A DNA stretch of 41,860 nucleotides from Octopus bimaculoides (Eukaryota), in assembly GCF_001194135.2 (NCBI RefSeq), contig NC_069006.1, forward strand, positions 12,832,544-12,874,403, given 5' to 3'. Below, in pieces: positions 35,323 through 41,860 of the stretch. A program made the position numbers and the translations under genes. The stretch's first letter is position 1. Each line of letters begins with the position of its first letter. The notes under the pieces are model-generated. The model searched no databases. It was not told the origin of the DNA and worked only from the letters and a program-made list of their open reading frames with translations.

Positions 35323-36365
35323 NNNNNNNNNNNNNNNNNNNNNNNNNNNNNNNNNNNNNNNNNNNNNNNNNNNNNNNNNNNNNNNNNNNNNNNNNNNNNN
35401 NNNNNNNNNNNNNNNNNNNNNNNNNNNNNNNNNNNNNNNNNNNNNNNNNNNNNNNNNNNNNNNNNNNNNNNNNNNNNNNNNNNNNNNNNNNNNNNNNNNN
35501 NNNNNNNNNNNNNNNNNNNNNNNNNNNNNNNNNNNNNNNNNNNNNNNNNNNNNNNNNNNNNNNNNNNNNNNNNNNNNNNNNNNNNNNNNNNNNNNNNNNN
35601 NNNNNNNNNNNNNNNNNNNNNNNNNNNNNNNNNNNNNNNNNNNNACAACACAAACCACTACACAACCACATTACCGTCAGCTGTACAATGACAAACACCA
35701 CCACCACCACTAACACCACCACCTCTACAAACATCACCATCATCACCACTACTACATCACCACCACTACCACCACCATCACTCCCACCAGCCGCCAATTA
35801 TCCCTTCTCCCAAACAACAGGTCGGTCTCTAATTGTTTAGGGAGCTATGATAGCTGCTATCATGTGGCTGTCGAATAAAATTAGAGAGGACGCCGCAACC
35901 TTTTTTTTTTTACCACCCACAAACAGGGGGCGAGAAGAAGGGGTTAGTGGGGCCAGGGAGAGGAAGCTGGGTTGGAGCAGGGGTGGGGCTTTCTTTCAAC
36001 TGTTTGTCACTTCCAGGATCTTCTGACGAAAATGGTATAATCACATATCATACACACACATAATATATACTTACATACACGTGCTACCTGTGTATATAGA
36101 TGTAAAACAAGCACGTAAAACAAGCATGTATGGGTGTATGCACGTGTGCACGCATGTGTAACACACACATATATACGTATGTATATATATATATATGTGT
36201 ATGTATGTATGTATATATATATATTACATTAAGTGAGCATTAAACAACGTATACATGTATTTGTGTATATATCATTGAATATATACATATATGTATATAT
36301 CAGATGGTGCTAGCAAAGATTGGACTGGGCCAATCTTTATTCGAAACATATCTAAGTTACCTAAG

Positions 36366-36399
<34 letters not shown>

Positions 36400-36473
36400 A
36401 CATACACATACATATACACACACACACTCACACAGAGGGAGCAAGAGAGAGAGAGTGAGATTTATATATGCAA

Positions 36474-36538
<65 letters not shown>

Positions 36539-36573
36539 TGTGTGTGTGTGTGTGTGTGTGTTATATACATACA

Positions 36574-36604
<31 letters not shown>

Positions 36605-36980
36605 GTATGTATGTATATAACACACACACATATATATATATATATACATACACATGTATGTGTATGTATATATATGTAAATCATATACATATTATGCGTG
36701 CATCTAACGACATAAACATACCTACATACTACATATGTGTGTGTGTTTGTATGTATGTATGTATGTATGTATGTATTTATGAATGAATTTATGTATGAAT
36801 ATATACATGTATTTATGCATGCATGTATGTATATATGTATGTATGTAAGTATATAAAGACACAACCTCACACATTTGTATATGAACGTGGTCTTTATTTT
36901 CTGCCACAAAATAGTCGGAAATGGTTTTGTGTCTTCTATAAACATCTGTACACACAATAAGAGACCAGACCAGACCAGAT

Positions 36981-37050
<70 letters not shown>

Positions 37051-37350
37051 GCACACACACACACACACGTTTGTATGACTGTATGTTTGATGTACCTGTA
37101 TATATTGAAATATATTTATGCATACCTACTTTCATTTAGTAATATAAATATATATATATTTATATGTATGTACATGCATATATATACATATATATACATA
37201 CATACGCGCGCGCCTGCACGCACAAACACATGCATACGTGTGTGTGTGTGTGTGTGCATGTGTCTGTGACTGTGTGTGCACGCGGGCGCGTTTTCTTCCC
37301 TTCTCTATCACGAAATACTTCTGAGAATCTTTAATATGGTATTATATACA

Positions 37351-37562
37351 AGGTGGCTAGCTGGCAGAACCGTTGGCAGTTCCGGCGAATTGCTTTGCAA
37401 TATTCCCTCCGTCTTTACGCCCTGAGTTCAAATTCCGCAGAGGTCGACTTTGCCTTTCATCCTGCCGAAGTTCGATAAAATGAGTACCAGTCGAACACTG
37501 GAGGCAATTTAATCGAGATAGCTCGTCCCTCAAACCTACTGACCTGGAGCCAAAGTGTGAAA
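37351..37562 (+). mobile_element. SINE family A
   Basis: AAGGTGGCTAGCTGGCAGAACCG...GAGTTCAAATTCCGCAGAGGTCGACTTTGCC. Confidence 0.85.
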
Positions 37563-38112
37563 CCAATATATTATATTCATTTATTTTATTTACGTTATGT
37601 GTGCGAATGTCTATATACAAACAGTTTCACATACATGTCTATGTATATATATAAATACATATACATACGTATGCATGTTTGTGCATATGCATATATATGA
37701 ATGTATATGCATGTATGTGTACACACACACATATATACGTGTATGTGTATGTACATATATTTATGTACATATATATACATATATATATATGTGCATATAT
37801 ATATGCATATATATATATATATTTACATATATATATATGTATGTATATATATATACATATATATGTATATATGTACATATATACAACGACAGTTCTTACG
37901 ACCTAATCACTAGGCCATTGCGCCTACACACACACACACACACACACACATATGTGTGTGTGTGTGTGTGTGTGGTGTGTGTGTGTGTGTGTGTGCATGC
38001 ATAAATATGTATATGTATATATATATATGTATTTATATATGCGTGTGTGTGTGTGTTACATATATATTTGATTAAATGACTGCCTGTATAAAAGTTCTCT
38101 ACGGGTTGGGCA

Positions 38113-38183
38113 AATAGTAAACTAATGGTGAAAAATAGTAAACTAATAGTAAACTAATAGTAAACAAATAGTAAACTAATAGT
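38113..38183 (+). repeat. 11-bp tandem repeat (AATAGTAAACT) x~6
   Basis: Seen directly. Confidence 0.85.
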
Positions 38184-38408
38184 TTGCAAAATATTCCTCG
38201 TGACTAAAACATCTTTGAGACAACTCTCAATATTATTATTATGAGAAAACAAAGAAATATTAAGTCCGTTTCTTGTCTCTCTACTAATAATATCAGTTTT
38301 CAAAAAAATTATCAATAAGAATTAAATACAACGACATTTATACAATATGCTGGAGTGTATAATGATATATATATTTATATATGTGTGGGGATTGACGTGT
38401 ATACAAAG

Positions 38409-38442
<34 letters not shown>

Positions 38443-38542
38443 NNNNNNNNNNNNNNNNNNNNNNNNNNNNNNNNNNNNNNNNNNNNNNNNNNNNNNNNNN
38501 NNNNNNNNNNNNNNNNNNNNNNNNNNNNNNNNNNNNNNNNNN

Positions 38543-38574
<32 letters not shown>

Positions 38575-38795
38575 ATGTGTGTGTGTATATGTTTGTGTGT
38601 CTGTTCACCCAACATCGCTTGACAACCGATGCTGGTGTGTTTAGGTCCCCCGTAACTTAACAGTTTGGCAAAAGAGACCGATAGAATAAGTACTAGGCAT
38701 CCAAAGAATAAGTCCTGGGGTCGATTTGCTTGACTAAAGGCGGTGCTCCAGCATGGCCGCAGTCAAATGGCTGAAACAAGTAAAAGAGAAAGAGA
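38575..38795 (+). mobile_element. SINE family C, 3' half
   Basis: CAACATCGCTTGACAACCGATGCTGG...CAGCATGGCCGCAGTCAAATGGCTGAAACAAG. Confidence 0.9.
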
Positions 38796-38879
38796 GAGAG
38801 TACTGCTTCTACTTCACAAATTTTCTCTTATTGCAAATGGAGGCTGGAACGTAACCCCTAAAATAGTTGAGAGATTACT

Positions 38880-39265
38880 CTATCCTTTTATTTGTTTCAG
38901 TCATTTGACTGCAGCCATGTTGAAGCACTGCCTTAAAGGGTTTTAGCTGAAGAAATCGCCTACAAGGATTTATTCTTTGTAAGCCTAGTACTTATTCTAT
39001 CAAACCCTTTTGCTGGACCGCTAAGTTATGAAGACATAAACACATCAGTATCGGTTGTCAAATACTGGTGAAGAGACAAACAGAGACATACAAAATTATA
39101 CACACACACATATACAATAGGGCTCTGAGATTCTGCCTACCGAATTCATTCACAAGGCTTTGGTTGGCCCAAGGCTAATAGAAGAAGACACTTGCCCAAG
39201 GTGCCATGCAGTGGGACTGAACCCGGAACCCAGCTTCTTATTACACAGCCACACCTGCGCCAAGC
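38880..39265 (-). mobile_element. Near full-length SINE family C
   Basis: tRNA-like head GGCGCAGGTGTGGCTGTGT...GGGTTCCGGGTTCAGTCCC through to the tail. Confidence 0.85.
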
Positions 39266-39289
39266 TTCTTACTACACAGTCATGCCTGC

Positions 39290-40098
39290 ACCTATATTCA
39301 CATTTTATAAAATTAATCCTGTATTATCTTGTAGCTTTGAGATTTTAAAAATGTAATTGTTTATTTTTAGAATGACATTGCAGGGTAGGTGTGAGAGGCT
39401 GGATCTTGTCAGTTTGAACATAAAACAGGTAGAATATTTCAGCCAGGTATGGCTGGTTTAAATGTCTTATGAGTGGATATGGTAGATGAGAACTGAAAGA
39501 GGCCCATCATATAGGTGCAGTAAGAAGTTTGCTTCTCGACCACACGATTCCAGATTAAGTCCCACCGCGTGACATCTTGGGTGTCTTCTATAGCCTTGGA
39601 CCGACCAAAGCCTCCGGAGTGGATTTAGCAGATGGAAACTGAAAGAAGCCTGTCATGTATATAAGAGCAATCTGAGTGCTAAAGGGTTATATGTGTGTGT
39701 GTCTGTTCCCTACCACTCCTTGACAACTGGTGTTGGTAATGTTTACATCCCCCATAACTTAGTGGTTCAGCAAAAGTGGCAGACAGAATAAATACCAGGG
39801 TTAAAAATAAGTAATGGGGTCAATTCATTTTACTAAAAGCTCTTCAACGTGGTGCCCCAGCATGGCCGCAGTCTAATAACTGAAGTAAGTAAAAGATGAA
39901 AGATGTGTTTTCATGTTCCCCACCACCACATGACAACTGGTGTTGGTTTGTTTATGTCCATGTAACTTTGCAATTCAGCCAAAGAGATCAATACAATACC
40001 AGGCTTAAAAACCAAGTACTGGGATCAGTTTGTTCAACTAACCCTTTTAAGATGGTGCCCCAACATAGCCACAGCCCAATGACAAACAAGTAAAAAAA
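39290..40098 (+). mobile_element. Nest of a piggyBac-type MITE fragment and several SINE family C pieces
   Basis: MITE interior 39290-39466, MITE end CTAAAGGGTTA at about 39680, SINE C head/body 39467-39660, tails at 39700-39900 and 39905-40098. Confidence 0.7.
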
Positions 40099-40105
40099 AA
40101 CGTAC

Positions 40106-40189
40106 CTGTTGTTAATTTATCCTTGAAAGCAGGATAGGATGTCAACTTTTTGCCCATGCAGATCTTGTGAGCCATCAGTGCAGTTGGTC
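40106..40189 (-). CDS. PARK7: DJ-1/PARK7 (PfpI family) internal exon, 84 nt: (G)PTALMAHKICMGKKLTSYPAFKDKLTT(G)
   Basis: Acceptor TTTCTACTCTTTTATTACAG, donor ACAG|GTACGT, phase 1-1. Aligns to human DJ-1 [26 protein letters not shown], immediately after the catalytic-Cys motif; boundaries match my recollection of the vertebrate exon. Confidence 0.9.
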
Positions 40190-40370
40190 CTGTAATAAAA
40201 GAGTAGAAACATATTGGATTATGGTAAATTTGGGAATAACAAAAGAAGAATGGAGCAAAAAATTTATATTTGGACAATCTAAATTCAAGCCTTAACTTCC
40301 ACTATTGATATGTACAAGGTTTCTAACCAATGTTAACCAAAGCATTTCAAGAACAAAAGTCACCATAGAT

Positions 40371-40910
40371 GCAGCATGGCTGTGTGGTACGAAGCTTGCT
40401 TCCCAACCACGTGGTTCTGGGTTCAGTCCTATCACCTGGTGCCTTGGCCAAGTGTCTTCTACTACAGCAAAAGCTTCGAGAATGGATTTGGTAATCATCA
40501 TCATCATCGTTTAACGTCCGCTTTCCATGCTAGCATGGGTTGGACGATTTGACTGAGGACTGGTGAACCAGATGGCTACACCAGGCTCCAATCTGATTTG
40601 GCAGAGTTTCGACAGCTGGATGCCCTTCCTAACGCCAACCACTCCAAGAGTGTATGGAAACTGAAAGAAGCCTGTTGTATGCATATATACATACACACAT
40701 ATATGTCTGTGTTTGTCCCACCGCTTGACAACTAATGCTGTGTTTATGTCCCTGTAACTTAGTTCAGGAAATGAGACTGATAGAATAAGTACCAGGCTTT
40801 AAAAAAAATAAGTACTGGAGCTGATTAATGTCACTAAAATAATTCAAGGAGGTGCCCCAGCATGGCTGCAGTTAAATGACTAAAACACAAGTTAAAAAAA
40901 AAGATAAAGC
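40371..40910 (+). mobile_element. SINE family C interrupted by an antisense (ATG)n-tailed element at 40494-40654
   Basis: Head GCAGCATGGCTGTGTGG...GGATTTGGTA| insert |TGGAAACTGAAAGAAGCC resumes the consensus. Confidence 0.85.
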
Positions 40911-40922
40911 ATTTATCTTTAA

Positions 40923-41153
40923 CCTTTTATCACTTAGATTCCTCTGTCAAATGTCATGCTTATTCACATTGTTTTGAATTGATCATGGCTTATCCATGAT
41001 TAATTCAAATTTAGCTTTGTGATTTCAATGACGCCATTGTTTATTTTTAACATGACATTGTAGGGTAGGTGTCAGAGGTTGGATCTAGCCAGGTTCAACA
41101 TAAAACAATTAAAATATTTGAGCCAGATATGGCCAGTTTGAATGCTTAAAGGG
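40923..41153. mobile_element. piggyBac-type MITE
   Basis: TTAA|CCTTTT...TAAAGGG|TTAA; homologous to 32706-32923. Confidence 0.8.
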
Positions 41154-41561
41154 TTAAAGTTTATCAAATCTGACTACTTTACATGTCAAAGCAGAAAGGC
41201 ATAAACAGTTACACATGATCCACAGTCAATCAAATGATTTCAGTAAAGAGATACAACAGGCTGTTGTTACACATGCAGCATGTGGGTGTCATACTGCCAC
41301 ACACCTAGTACACACAGACTGCAGTAAATTAGGTAATAGCAGAAAGATACCACAATCACAGGCGTCTGCAGGTAGATTGTTACACATCCCCAAATAAGGA
41401 CTACAGACAAGTTGCATGCCTGAGTACATAAGAACAGATAGATGTACCCATAGGCAGGGTCTACAGATAATCACATCTCAATACACAGATGCCACAACCA
41501 ATGCTCATAACATAAATGACTTGAGGACAGTTATTTATAAATTACATACATACATAGATAC

Positions 41562-41860
41562 ATTAAGAGTATGAAGACCGGGAAAGCCCCCGGCCCATCA
41601 GGAATCACTGCAGAGATGCTCAAAATATCTGGCAGTGTTGGCTATAGCCTAGTCACCCGTATTACGAACCAGGTGATACACGAAGGAGTCATACCCAATG
41701 ACTGGTGTAGCAGCATCATAGTCAACTGCTACAAAGGTAAAGGTGACGCTTTAGATACAAATAATTACAGAGGCATCAAGCTGTTAGATCAGGTTATGAA
41801 AGTTACAGAGAGGGTCATAGCCCAACTAATTAGGGAGCGAATCAATTTAGATGAGATGCA
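41562..41860 (+). mobile_element. RTE-clade LINE reverse transcriptase, 5'-truncated, continuing past the window
   Basis: Uninterrupted MKTGKAPGPSGITAEMLK...PNDWCSSIIVNCYKGKGDALDTNNYRGIKLLDQVMKVTERVI...DEM. Confidence 0.92.

Noticed and set aside
36017-36034. Plus-strand 18-nt microexon-like segment
   Set aside because: Weak donor (GTATAA) and no supporting plus-strand exons; shows the background rate of splice-like signals.
334-38660. Long ORFs rich in X, YI, HT, CV or RE in the ORF track
   Set aside because: They are translations of N-gaps and dinucleotide microsatellites.
1-41860. CRISPR array, rRNA or prokaryotic operon
   Set aside because: No regularly spaced repeat-spacer array or rRNA-like sequence; the DNA is eukaryotic and repeat-rich.

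Overview
AT-rich, gapped eukaryotic scaffold dominated by (TA)n/(CA)n/(GA)n/(AAT)n microsatellites and retroposons. The SINE families look like those of Octopus (species assignment is inference from recalled repeat families, not a database hit). Nearly all ORFs in the supplied track are artefacts of microsatellites or N-gaps. One host exon is confidently recognisable: an 84-nt DJ-1/PARK7 exon (40106-40189, minus), whose terminal exon is not visible. A second, unidentified minus-strand gene is suggested by four splice-signal-flanked exons (12710-12832, 9874-9930, 5294-5308, 3410-3486) that join in one frame. Mobile DNA: three or four tRNA-derived SINE families, R4/Dong-type RLE retrotransposon pieces in (AAT)n tracts, L1/Tx1 fragments, RTE and RTEX-like fragments, Penelope-like pLTR remnants with minimal hammerhead ribozyme motifs (best at 26730-26786), a decayed Tc1/mariner transposase, and pogo- and piggyBac-type MITEs. 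No CRISPR, rRNA or genuine tRNA gene was found. Coordinates of decayed repeats are approximate.
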